From assembly GCA_947625935.1 (NCBI GenBank), contig CANQQE010000007.1:13724-77723 (forward strand): 64,000 nt of DNA. The letters are read 5' to 3'. A program made the position numbers and the translations under genes. The DNA comes from an uncultured Muribaculaceae bacterium (GTDB taxonomy: Bacteria; Bacteroidota; Bacteroidia; Bacteroidales; Muribaculaceae). Positions 46,166-54,413 of this stretch are shown here, piece after piece; position 1 is the stretch's first letter; each line of letters starts with the position of its first letter. Below the pieces are notes generated by a model that was given only the letters and a program-made list of their open reading frames with translations, was not told where the DNA came from and ran no database searches.

Positions 46166-47116
46166 TCACAGAGAAGAAGTGATGCTGCTGTCTGATAAAT
46201 TCGGATAGCGTAAAGTCGTAAATGCGATGATCAGGTTTTTGTCTTGGATATGATTATATGCCGCCAGAAAATCGACGGAAAAACCAGTCGCATACGAGAT
46301 ATGGGATAAAGTGTCGCCGGGCACGATGTCGTATACGATGTCGCTGCCAAGATACCCGTTCCCGCCGGTGCTGATCCTCAAGGCCATCTGCTCAAGCAGC
46401 TCGTCCTCGATCTCTTTTGTCACCGGAAAATAAGTCTTATTGTTCTTTGCTTCATCAGCAGGCTCCTCGGCTCCATCGTTTTTAGATTTTTCCGTTTCAG
46501 CCTGCTCAGTGCTTTCTGTTCCACCGGTATCGTCCTCTTCTGTTTCGCTGTTCTGCGCTTCAGATGATTCGATGCCCTGCGTTGCATCGTTCGCTGCTTC
46601 ATCCGTTACTTCATTGTTGCCAGCATTGCCGGTCTCTTTTTCATCAGCCGGCTGCACTGCATCTTCACTGCTGCCCGTATCACCGGAATCAACAGGTTTT
46701 TCCGTAATTTGTTTTTCCGGTTTTTCCTGCGTTTCAGGCTTCACTTGTTCCGTGACATCGTAATCATTTACGTATACACGATCCAGGTCAGGCTTCAGGT
46801 AAACATCCATATGCAGGTCGTTTCCTACATAATAGGCCTGCAGCTCCGTGATCTGATGATTTCCGGCCACATAGACCGGATTTGTGTTGTTCGCGCCGCA
46901 CATCGTTTTAATACTCGACACGACGCACGCTCCTACGGCAGCGATACCTGCCAGGCACACAGCCATACACGCCAAAGTGAACGCCAGTTCTTTTGTGCGT
47001 GCCGGCTGCTTTTTTGGAAGAGGCTTTTGTACGGCAGGCTCTTCAGGCCCGGTATCATCATAGGAGTCGTCTTCCAGATCAAGATCCATGATTTCTTTAT
47101 CTTCGGGATCTCTCAT
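46166..47116 (-). CDS. Membrane-anchored LysM-domain protein with an acidic linker
   Basis: TM FTLACMAVCLAGIAAVGACVV. C-terminal LysM motif YDIVPGDTLSHISYATGFSVDFLAAYNHI. GGAGG SD. Confidence 0.75.
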   Translation of the reverse strand: MRDPEDKEIMDLDLEDDSYDDTGPEEPAVQKPLPKKQPARTKELAFTLACMAVCLAGIAAVGACVVSSIKTMCGANNTNPVYVAGNHQITELQAYYVGNDLHMDVYLKPDLDRVYVNDYDVTEQVKPETQEKPEKQITEKPVDSGDTGSSEDAVQPADEKETGNAGNNEVTDEAANDATQGIESSEAQNSETEEDDTGGTESTEQAETEKSKNDGAEEPADEAKNNKTYFPVTKEIEDELLEQMALRISTGGNGYLGSDIVYDIVPGDTLSHISYATGFSVDFLAAYNHIQDKNLIIAFTTLRYPNLSDSSITSSL

Positions 47117-47134
47117 GTTTGACCTCCATTTCTC

Positions 47135-47153
47135 ATGTCAATGAACTTGACAT
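47135..47153. repeat. Operator-like inverted repeat ATGTCAA-N5-TTGACAT; a third ATGTCAA box lies at 47198-47204
   Basis: Exact 7-bp arms at 47135-47141 and 47147-47153 in the divergent control region. Confidence 0.5.
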
Positions 47154-47175
47154 ATGTATTTTTTTATGTTATTTT

Positions 47176-47204
47176 ATATTAAAATAATATTCAAAATATG
47201 TCAA
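47176..47204 (-). promoter_or_regulatory. Promoter for the LysM protein gene
   Basis: TTGACA - 17 nt - TAATAT. Confidence 0.55.
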
Positions 47205-47218
47205 GTAGTTTTTATGAT
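47190..47218 (+). promoter_or_regulatory. Candidate divergent promoter for the plus-strand arm (SSB-like operon); implies a leader of about 250 nt
   Basis: TTCAAA - 17 nt - TATGAT. Overlaps the minus-strand promoter back-to-back. Confidence 0.4.
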
Positions 47219-47244
47219 TTTTCCGACATTTATACCGGTATGCT

Positions 47245-47274
47245 TTTCTGCAGGAACTTGCCAGCCTGCAGAAA
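47245..47274 (+). other. Perfect 10-bp hairpin in the divergent region or leader
   Basis: TTTCTGCAGG (47245-47254) pairs with CCTGCAGAAA (47265-47274), with a 10-nt loop. Confidence 0.6.
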
Positions 47275-47475
47275 TTTAAAACATACAACACCTTCCTTTC
47301 ATTATTGGGTTCCTTTTTGTCGAGGTATGAAAGGCCAGGACAGGCACAAGGCGCCAGCGAACAGCACCGGATCGGCCCCGGTTGTCCTGATTTGCGCTTC
47401 CGGCGGATACGCCGCATTTATCTGCCGGGAGCGCGTAACTGAAAATCAACCATCAAAGCAAAGGAGATTTAAAAC

Positions 47476-48204
47476 ATGAAACTTAACGAAGTAAGTTCCA
47501 AGATTAAGAACAAAACGAAGATTTTCGTGAACGGCGTTGTCAGCTATTCACATATCGCAACGAAGATCGCAGGCGCCGAGCTGGACCGTGCAAATCAGTA
47601 CACCAACTTCCCCAGCAAGGACCCGTATTTCAAGATGACCATCAAAGTCGACGGCAATGATCCCAAGCAGTACATCGAATTCGATCCCGGCAACGAGAGC
47701 GAGTGCTATCTCGCAGCTTACGCAGGCTCCCGCGTATATCAGAGTAAAAAAGAGGAAAACAAAGGGATCAATTACTTCACGGCGCTGTCCAAGGGTAATG
47801 AGATCCGCGTCTACAAACTGGGCGAGGACGGCAAGCTGCACAAGGTCGCGCTGAACGGCAACGAACTTGGAGACGGCTGCCAGGTGAAATTGGAGCTTCA
47901 GTATTTCGAGAGCAAGTTCGGTCCCGGCGTCGGCCTGAACTCTGTCGTGATCATCGGCGACATCAAGCTGTTCGAAGGGAGCAATTCCGTCAAGGGCTTC
48001 GATGTAGCAGACGATACCGTTACCCTGCCTAAGCGCGAATTTGCGCAGGCTGACATTGCACAGCAGGATGCTGTCGCAGAAGAGATGCCCGTTGCGGACA
48101 ACGCATCTGAAGTCGAAGTTGACGAGGAACCCGTCGGCTCCACGACTGCCGAGGCGAATACCGCTTTCGACCAGCTCCTCAAGGAATTCAAGGCAGGCAA
48201 TTAA
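47476..48204 (+). CDS. Putative ssDNA-binding protein (phage gp2.5/DUF2815-like OB fold with an acidic tail)
   Basis: AAAGGAG SD. The N-terminal pattern KIFVNGVVSYSHIA...DPYFKMTIKV and the acidic C-terminus AEEMPVADNASEVEVDEEP resemble that family. First gene of the plus-strand arm. Confidence 0.4.
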   Translation: MKLNEVSSKIKNKTKIFVNGVVSYSHIATKIAGAELDRANQYTNFPSKDPYFKMTIKVDGNDPKQYIEFDPGNESECYLAAYAGSRVYQSKKEENKGINYFTALSKGNEIRVYKLGEDGKLHKVALNGNELGDGCQVKLELQYFESKFGPGVGLNSVVIIGDIKLFEGSNSVKGFDVADDTVTLPKREFAQADIAQQDAVAEEMPVADNASEVEVDEEPVGSTTAEANTAFDQLLKEFKAGN

Positions 48205-48276
48205 GTACACGCGGCGGACCTGGCATGAAATATGCTGGGCCTGCTTCTTATATTATGCAGTATTGGAGGGCCGGCC

Positions 48277-49245
48277 ATGATTCCCGAACGGATAAAAAGA
48301 TATCAAAAATGGTGCGTGTCGAAAGAGAAGATGCCCCTGGACGTATTTGCTTTACAAAAAGGCTACGAATGGGGCGCCTCATTCAAACGTACCCACTCTG
48401 CGCATGCGGATTTTGATACGGTGAAAAAGATCTACGACCAGACAAGCTACCGCCCCACTCTATTCGTAGACACGGCGGAGCAGAACATCATGATCCTGGA
48501 TATTGAACCGGCCTGCCCGGTCGAAGTGCGTGAAGCGCTGCTCACCGGCCTGAAGAACGATATCCAGTATATCGAAAGGTCGATGTCAGGGCATGGTTAT
48601 CATTTGATCATAGGAGTAGACGGCAGCAGCCACCATCATACCGTGAAATACAAGAAATGGTTCGAGCTGCTGTCCAACCATCACTGCACATTCACCCTGG
48701 AAGAGATAGACCTGGCAACGGCGATGTCTGAAGACCACGGCACGCATGAGTCCATCACGGATGACGACAAAGATATCGAACTCCTCGAAAAACTCCGTCC
48801 CGGCATTTCTTCCGAAGAACTGTATCAGTATATCGGCGGAGATCGTGCCTCTGTTGCTGCGGCGGCAGCAGAGAGCGGCTCTTATGCTGAGTATAAAAGC
48901 GCATGTGCCGGTTTCGACGGACGCCACGCAGATCTGTTCTCACAGCTATGTGCCGTTGAATACCAGAAAACAGTAGACGGCGACTTTTTCGGCGATTATT
49001 CCAAATATGAGTTTGGGTACGCATCAAAGATGTATCACGCTTTAAAGCGCTTCAGCGCGAATATGATCGATTCTGACGCCAACTTTTACGAGCTGAAACT
49101 CAGTGAGAAAGAAACCATCATGCTGATCTACATGGTCTTGAAGCAGATGCTGCCCTACCGCCCAAAACACGACGAAACGCGGCGCGGGCTTCCCTGGCTG
49201 CTCTATACGGCGGAACAGGTATGTCTGAAGCAGGATCAGAAATAA
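48277..49245 (+). CDS. Archaeo-eukaryotic primase (AEP) / primase-polymerase-like protein
   Basis: ORF track gives 48232. ATG 48277 lies 7 nt after GGAGGG. Motif I is IMILDIEP (DxE/D) and motif II is SMSGHGYHLII (sGxGxH). Confidence 0.5.
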   Translation: MIPERIKRYQKWCVSKEKMPLDVFALQKGYEWGASFKRTHSAHADFDTVKKIYDQTSYRPTLFVDTAEQNIMILDIEPACPVEVREALLTGLKNDIQYIERSMSGHGYHLIIGVDGSSHHHTVKYKKWFELLSNHHCTFTLEEIDLATAMSEDHGTHESITDDDKDIELLEKLRPGISSEELYQYIGGDRASVAAAAAESGSYAEYKSACAGFDGRHADLFSQLCAVEYQKTVDGDFFGDYSKYEFGYASKMYHALKRFSANMIDSDANFYELKLSEKETIMLIYMVLKQMLPYRPKHDETRRGLPWLLYTAEQVCLKQDQK

Positions 49246-49266
49246 CGACTGGAAGGATGTGACATT

Positions 49267-49932
49267 ATGAACGCATTTTACTGGCTCGGCGTCCTGCTCA
49301 TTGCGGACATTGTCGTGATCTGCGTCTACAAGCTGCTGATCGGAATGCACGACCGCAGGCTGGACGAGATCGACCCTGTTCCGGAACGGAAAGGGCTCTG
49401 GGCGCGGCAGTTCTACAAGAGGCCGCGTACTTACAGGCGCATCATATTCGAGAACCTGATCATGATCGCCCTGGGCGGGCTTCTCATCGCCTTTGCGTGC
49501 GTCATGCACTGGTATGAAAAATACGGCGCCTTTTACGGAGATTATTACAAATACCCCGGTGTGGAAGAACACCTGATATTCGATGCAAAGGACAACGACT
49601 ATCTGGAAAAAGTTTATGAAAAAGACCCGGAAGGCTTTACGCTCGGACATTACAACATCGTGCTCGTCAAAATGGGCTGCGAGGATTGTGAACGCATGAA
49701 GGAAGAGATCAAAGATCTCCAGAACAGCGGCTATCTGCTGGTGTTCACCGACTCAAAAGTAGGCCGGCTCTGCCGTGAACAGTACCATATCGCAAATGTG
49801 CCATGCGTGATCGAAGAAGGTGCAGTCAGATATATCGACCAGGCAGGGATTTCAACGGATTACGGCGATATCGACAACTGCTCGCCAGAACAGGATCTGG
49901 AGCAGAACTGCGTCGAAGAATATGTTGAATAA
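49267..49932 (+). CDS. Membrane-anchored thioredoxin-fold protein (CxxC)
   Basis: Two N-terminal TM helices are followed by IVLVKMGCEDCERMKEE ... ANVPCVIEEG, a thioredoxin-like layout. Confidence 0.5.
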   Translation: MNAFYWLGVLLIADIVVICVYKLLIGMHDRRLDEIDPVPERKGLWARQFYKRPRTYRRIIFENLIMIALGGLLIAFACVMHWYEKYGAFYGDYYKYPGVEEHLIFDAKDNDYLEKVYEKDPEGFTLGHYNIVLVKMGCEDCERMKEEIKDLQNSGYLLVFTDSKVGRLCREQYHIANVPCVIEEGAVRYIDQAGISTDYGDIDNCSPEQDLEQNCVEEYVE

Positions 49933-49953
49933 AAAATTAAATAGAGACAAAAA

Positions 49954-50005
49954 GGCCGAGGAAGGTGTATGCTGGTAACAAGTGAATCCTTTCCCGGCCC
50001 TTTTT
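49954..50005 (+). terminator. Probable terminator after the thioredoxin-like gene
   Basis: 12-position stem GGCCGAGGAAGG / CCTTTCCCGGCC (one mismatch, one wobble) with a long loop, followed by T5. Confidence 0.5.
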
Positions 50006-50051
50006 ATGAAATTGCCCAAAAAATATCTTTTTCTATAGGAGGAAAAAAATT

Positions 50052-51224
50052 ATGTTATTAAATGATACTGGAATCAAGGTAATCGAGAGTGATATGCAGA
50101 ACGACGGGCTGATCCCTTTCCTGCTCGGCGCACCCGGAATCGGAAAGTCCAGCGTGGTACGCGCGATCTGCGAGAAGAACAACTGGGGCTTCCATGAGCT
50201 TCTCTGCAATCAGATCACCATGCCTGCCGACCTGACCGGCGCAAGGACCATCTCTGTCAAAGATGACCAGGGCGTTGACCACTTCAGGCAAACGTTCTTC
50301 CCGCATGCCGTTATTCAGGATGCGATCGACGAGGCGGAAGCAAATCCCAGCAAGACCGTAGTTCTCTTCCTGGATGAGATCAACAGGACTTCATCTCATG
50401 TAACTTCTGCCCTGCTGACCTTTATCACCGCGAGAACGATCGGTACCGAGAAGCTGCCCATGAACATCAAGCTGGTCGCTGCCGGAAACGACGATGGCAA
50501 CGTCATTGCTCTGGACCAGGCATCCATCACCAGATTCATGCTCAGACGCTGCGAGCCTGACGCACAGGTATTCTTAGGTCTCGGCAAGATCCATCCCGTG
50601 ATCGAAGACCTGCTCAAGCAGCAGCCTGCACTGATCTACCAGATCCACAATGCTGTCGTGGACGAGAACTCTGAAGAGATTTACTCTGAGGAAGAGAACG
50701 ACTTCCAGCAGATCGCGACACCCAGAACCATCATGGGCCTGAACAAGGCGCTGCTGAACAATTCCAAGATGGTGATGCAGATGGACGAAGCTGCCCTGAA
50801 GGAATATGTATCCGGCTTTACCGGCGATACCCTCTTTACCGAGGCTGTCGTTACGGCGATCATGGCCAACAAGTACAAACTCGCTACACCTGTCGGCATC
50901 GAAGCGCCTGCGAAGCCCGCATGCCTTGACATGCTGATGAATGCAAGCTCTATCACCGATATTCAGTCCATGGTGGCCGGCATGTCCGATGAGGACCGCT
51001 CTGCGGCAATGCTGTACATGCTGTACGACAAGAACACGAACTATACCAACGTAATGCCTGAGGTACTCCACGCTTACGGGAAGAACATGCTTCTCGGCGA
51101 CGGCCAGAGCAAGCTCACCACGATCATCAACAGCGGCGAGTTCAACCATGATGCGTACGACGTGATCATGAACGCCGACACGCAGCTGACAAACGTGTTC
51201 AAAATGGTCTACGGCGGGGTCTAA
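50052..51224 (+). CDS. MoxR/AAA_5-type AAA+ ATPase
   Basis: Walker A FLLGAPGIGKSSVVRAI. Walker B VVLFLDEINRTSSHVTSALL. AGGAGG SD. Followed by a VWA partner gene. Confidence 0.75.
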   Translation: MLLNDTGIKVIESDMQNDGLIPFLLGAPGIGKSSVVRAICEKNNWGFHELLCNQITMPADLTGARTISVKDDQGVDHFRQTFFPHAVIQDAIDEAEANPSKTVVLFLDEINRTSSHVTSALLTFITARTIGTEKLPMNIKLVAAGNDDGNVIALDQASITRFMLRRCEPDAQVFLGLGKIHPVIEDLLKQQPALIYQIHNAVVDENSEEIYSEEENDFQQIATPRTIMGLNKALLNNSKMVMQMDEAALKEYVSGFTGDTLFTEAVVTAIMANKYKLATPVGIEAPAKPACLDMLMNASSITDIQSMVAGMSDEDRSAAMLYMLYDKNTNYTNVMPEVLHAYGKNMLLGDGQSKLTTIINSGEFNHDAYDVIMNADTQLTNVFKMVYGGV

Positions 51225-51261
51225 TGCCCTGCCGGACCATATTCTATAAGGAGGTGCCAAA

Positions 51262-52851
51262 ATGCCTACAATAACGACGATTGCAAGCAAGCTGTCCGCT
51301 GCAAATTCCCAGCTGCAGACGCTGCAGTTATATCCCCAGGATGCTTCCGTCGATATCAACACGATGCTGAACGACATCCTGGCAAAGATGTGGACGGACA
51401 TCACTTCCGGCCAGCTGACACAGGACGAGATGGATCTGTGCATCGGCACGTTCGCCAACGCTATCATCACAAACCTGGTCGACCGGCAGGCACAGACAGA
51501 TCTGGACCTGCTGTTCATGAACACCCTGGCGTGCTACAGCGCGAACAAATTCGACGCGGTATATTTAAGCCAGATCCTCAGAGCGAACAAGATGCCGGAA
51601 CCCAGTTCCAAGTGCATCTATGTGGCAGGCGACGTGACGGACGCTGCGAAGAATTACGATATCAACAGGGACGCCCAGTCAAAATCAGCGCTCCTTGCGA
51701 CGCTCGGCGCGTTTTACAACAATGCGTCGGCAATGTATGTGCTGATGGACGACGACTTGGAATTAGATAATTTCAAGAACCTGATCAATCCGATGCTTCA
51801 GGCAAAAGGGCTCGACCCGTTCCCTGCGGACTTTAATCTGCAGGCCAAGATCAGCGACGGCGTGATTTTACGTCCGGATTACAAACTGAGCGACCAATCC
51901 AACGATCCGGATTCCAACGCAAGGATCGTGATGAGCGTGCTCACGAACGCATATGCGAACCAGATCCTGCCCACCAGGACGATCGACGCGCTCATTCCGC
52001 AGACGGTCGTGTTCTTTAACGCCAGAAAGCTCGCCCGCGCCACCAGTACTGAGATCATGAACGCCAAGAGCGACATCGGCAAGCTGGCCGGGATCGACAA
52101 GGCGCGTATCCTGAGCTTCAGCCAGATGGCCAGCCTTTCCCAGGTCGCGAAGATCATAAACAAGATGGCCGTCATGAACAACCAGCTCAACAACATCCTG
52201 GCCAAATCAGCACTCTCCCAGGCCACCGGTAAATTCGTGATCCGGCATATCAACATGAAGCGCGTGCAGAAGAAATTGGAACGCGCCCTAAAAGCCATGA
52301 AAGATGTAGCGGTGTCCAAGAATCCCAGAGAACATGAGTACGACACGTACCAGAGGCCGAACCGCCGCGATCCTGAGAACTGGGACCTGCCCGGCACGGT
52401 GACGGACTTCGGCTACTGCCCCGACATTCATCTTTATGTTGATACGTCAGGCAGTATCAGCCAGAAAGATTACGAAGATTCCGTAGCAATGCTTGTGGAT
52501 ATTGCAAAAAAGTTCAACTGCGATATCTATTTCAATTCATTCACGACGGATATTTCGCAGGAAACGCTGGTCAAGTGCCGGGACAAGTCCAAACACCAGA
52601 TCCAGAAAGCTATCGAGAAGATTCCGAAACTGAGCGGCGGAACCACGATCGACCAGGTATGGCAGTATATCAACTGTTCCAAGAAAAACCGCAGACAGTT
52701 AAGCGTGCTGATCTCCGACTTTTACGTGGATGTTCCCAGGTATATCAAACACCCTGACCACCTGTTCTACATTCCTACGAAAGATACGAGCGTCAAATAC
52801 GCCGAAGAGTTTGCGAACAAGCTGCCGAATCCCTGGCGGGTATTATTTTAA
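51262..52851 (+). CDS. VWA-domain protein (MIDAS DxSGS), partner of the MoxR ATPase
   Basis: C-terminal IHLYVDTSGSISQKDYEDSV is a MIDAS motif. AAGGAGG SD. Terminator lies directly downstream. Confidence 0.7.
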   Translation: MPTITTIASKLSAANSQLQTLQLYPQDASVDINTMLNDILAKMWTDITSGQLTQDEMDLCIGTFANAIITNLVDRQAQTDLDLLFMNTLACYSANKFDAVYLSQILRANKMPEPSSKCIYVAGDVTDAAKNYDINRDAQSKSALLATLGAFYNNASAMYVLMDDDLELDNFKNLINPMLQAKGLDPFPADFNLQAKISDGVILRPDYKLSDQSNDPDSNARIVMSVLTNAYANQILPTRTIDALIPQTVVFFNARKLARATSTEIMNAKSDIGKLAGIDKARILSFSQMASLSQVAKIINKMAVMNNQLNNILAKSALSQATGKFVIRHINMKRVQKKLERALKAMKDVAVSKNPREHEYDTYQRPNRRDPENWDLPGTVTDFGYCPDIHLYVDTSGSISQKDYEDSVAMLVDIAKKFNCDIYFNSFTTDISQETLVKCRDKSKHQIQKAIEKIPKLSGGTTIDQVWQYINCSKKNRRQLSVLISDFYVDVPRYIKHPDHLFYIPTKDTSVKYAEEFANKLPNPWRVLF

Positions 52852-52857
52852 ACAGAA

Positions 52858-52888
52858 AGCGCGGTCTGATTTCAGACCGTGCTTTTTT
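52858..52888 (+). terminator. Terminator after the MoxR-VWA operon
   Basis: Stem GCGCGGTCTGA / TCAGACCGTGC followed by T6. Confidence 0.85.
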
Positions 52889-52905
52889 CATGAGAAGGTA
52901 TCTAT

Positions 52906-53088
52906 GTGAAATATGAAGTAGAATACGACATAAAAACAAAATACGTATGCGAAGTCGAAGCCGGCAGCGTTTCGGATGCCATGAAACAGGCCGATGAGAA
53001 GTTAAAAGCCGTTTCCACCGGCGACCTTGCCGTAAAAGACTGCCGCACGAAAGCTGTGAGGGACGAGAACGGCAAGCGCTATTATTAA
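52906..53088 (+). CDS. Small hypothetical protein (60 aa), first gene of the RT operon
   Basis: GTG start 6 nt after GAAGGT. Follows terminator 52858-52888. Its stop is 19 nt before the RT start. Confidence 0.45.
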   Translation: MKYEVEYDIKTKYVCEVEAGSVSDAMKQADEKLKAVSTGDLAVKDCRTKAVRDENGKRYY

Positions 53089-53107
53089 AAAAAGGAGCTG
53101 CGGATCT

Positions 53108-54391
53108 ATGGACAAATTATTGGAACAAGTTTTCTCAGACCAGAAGATCTGGGAACAGGCGCTGTCCGACGGCATCGAGAAAAAGATTAAAAAAGAAGTC
53201 CTGATCAGCTATTCTGACCCGGCATACCGGGAAGAGATCAAGCAGCAGATCGCGGAACATGCCTATCAGGTCGTCCCGCCACACGAGGCGCAAATCCCGA
53301 AAGACGACGGCACCATGAGGACTGTCTATGCCAACGAAGCAAAAGACCGCGTCCTGATGACCGTGATCAACAATACACTGTTCAAACTCTGTCCGGAAAT
53401 GATACACCCGGCCTGCAAATCCTATCAGACCGGCATCGGCTGCGGCATGGTGGCGCGAAATGTCGTAAAAGATCTCAAACGACTGCAGATCCACGGCGAT
53501 AAACTCGGCTACAAGATCGACCTGTCCAAATATTTTGACAGCGTGCCGATCGAATACATCGAGCAGGCGTTCAAAGATATCGAGGCCAAAGTCGGAAAAT
53601 CAGCCGTCCTGGACCTGTTATGGGACTACTATCACGATAACCGGCTGTACGACCTTGACAAACATATCTTTGAGAAATACACGAGCCTCAGACAAGGCTG
53701 TGCCGTAGCGGCGTTTCTGGCCGACGTGGTATTGTACGATATTGATGCCCAGATAAGTGCAATGCCCGCTGTTTCTTATTATAGATACAGCGACGACATC
53801 TTGATATTAGGAGAAGCAAAAGATGCGGACGAAGCCTTCGGCATTTTAAGCGCCATGCTGGAAGAACGGTCGTTAAAGCTGAACCCCAAAAAAGTCGAGC
53901 AGATCGACGCTGACCATTGGTTCACGTTTTTAGGATTTTCGATCCGGAACGACCAGATCTCGCTCTCCAAAAAACGGACGAAGAACCTTCAAAAAGTAAT
54001 TCAGGAGCTGACTCTTAACGCAAAAACAAAAACCGTAGAATCAGCTGCCAGAAAAGTCTACCGGTATCTGTACGGGCAGTCGAATGTTCCATACAGTTAC
54101 TGCGAAGGCATACTCTCAGTGATCAACAACAAGCACGACATCATGATGATAGATACTTACATCATGGACTGCATCAGGGCCTGCGCGACACAGAAAACAA
54201 AAATCGGCGGGCTCGGCTATAACAAAACAGGAAAAGACGGCGTGATCGTGCGCGGCCTCGGCCGGAACGTGAAACAGAACAAGATCAAACTGCCGGAGAT
54301 CCCGTATACGACCATGTCGTTCATGCAGTCGCTCTTTAATTCCGATAAAGACGCCTATCATACTTACGCGAAATCACTGATATTAACTTAA
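53108..54391 (+). CDS. Reverse transcriptase (stand-alone; retron/DRT/group-II-like palm, no maturase or endonuclease tail)
   Basis: RT motifs IPKDDGTMRTVY, GYKIDLSKYFDSV, LRQGCAVAAFLADVVL, YYRYSDDILILG, LKLNPKKVEQI and FTFLGFSI. AAGGAG SD. Confidence 0.85.
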   Translation: MDKLLEQVFSDQKIWEQALSDGIEKKIKKEVLISYSDPAYREEIKQQIAEHAYQVVPPHEAQIPKDDGTMRTVYANEAKDRVLMTVINNTLFKLCPEMIHPACKSYQTGIGCGMVARNVVKDLKRLQIHGDKLGYKIDLSKYFDSVPIEYIEQAFKDIEAKVGKSAVLDLLWDYYHDNRLYDLDKHIFEKYTSLRQGCAVAAFLADVVLYDIDAQISAMPAVSYYRYSDDILILGEAKDADEAFGILSAMLEERSLKLNPKKVEQIDADHWFTFLGFSIRNDQISLSKKRTKNLQKVIQELTLNAKTKTVESAARKVYRYLYGQSNVPYSYCEGILSVINNKHDIMMIDTYIMDCIRACATQKTKIGGLGYNKTGKDGVIVRGLGRNVKQNKIKLPEIPYTTMSFMQSLFNSDKDAYHTYAKSLILT

Positions 54392-54413
54392 ACCGAAAGG
54401 AGGCATATCCTGT

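Noticed and set aside
45903-47479. ORFs in spacers: 45903-46169 (-), 47169-47417 (-) and 47198-47479 (+).
   Set aside because: They span promoter, terminator and leader sequence, lack SD sequences, and their translations look non-protein-like.
36844-48276. Longer N-terminal extensions given by the ORF track for several genes: 36487-36906, 43448-45931 and 48232-49245. The same applies to 7240-8361, 12613-13317 and 62335-62790 outside this span.
   Set aside because: The extensions lack an SD, overlap -10 boxes or terminators, or start at GTG/TTG sitting on the SD. Internal ATGs with well-spaced GGAGG-type SD sequences were preferred. Start choices remain predictions.
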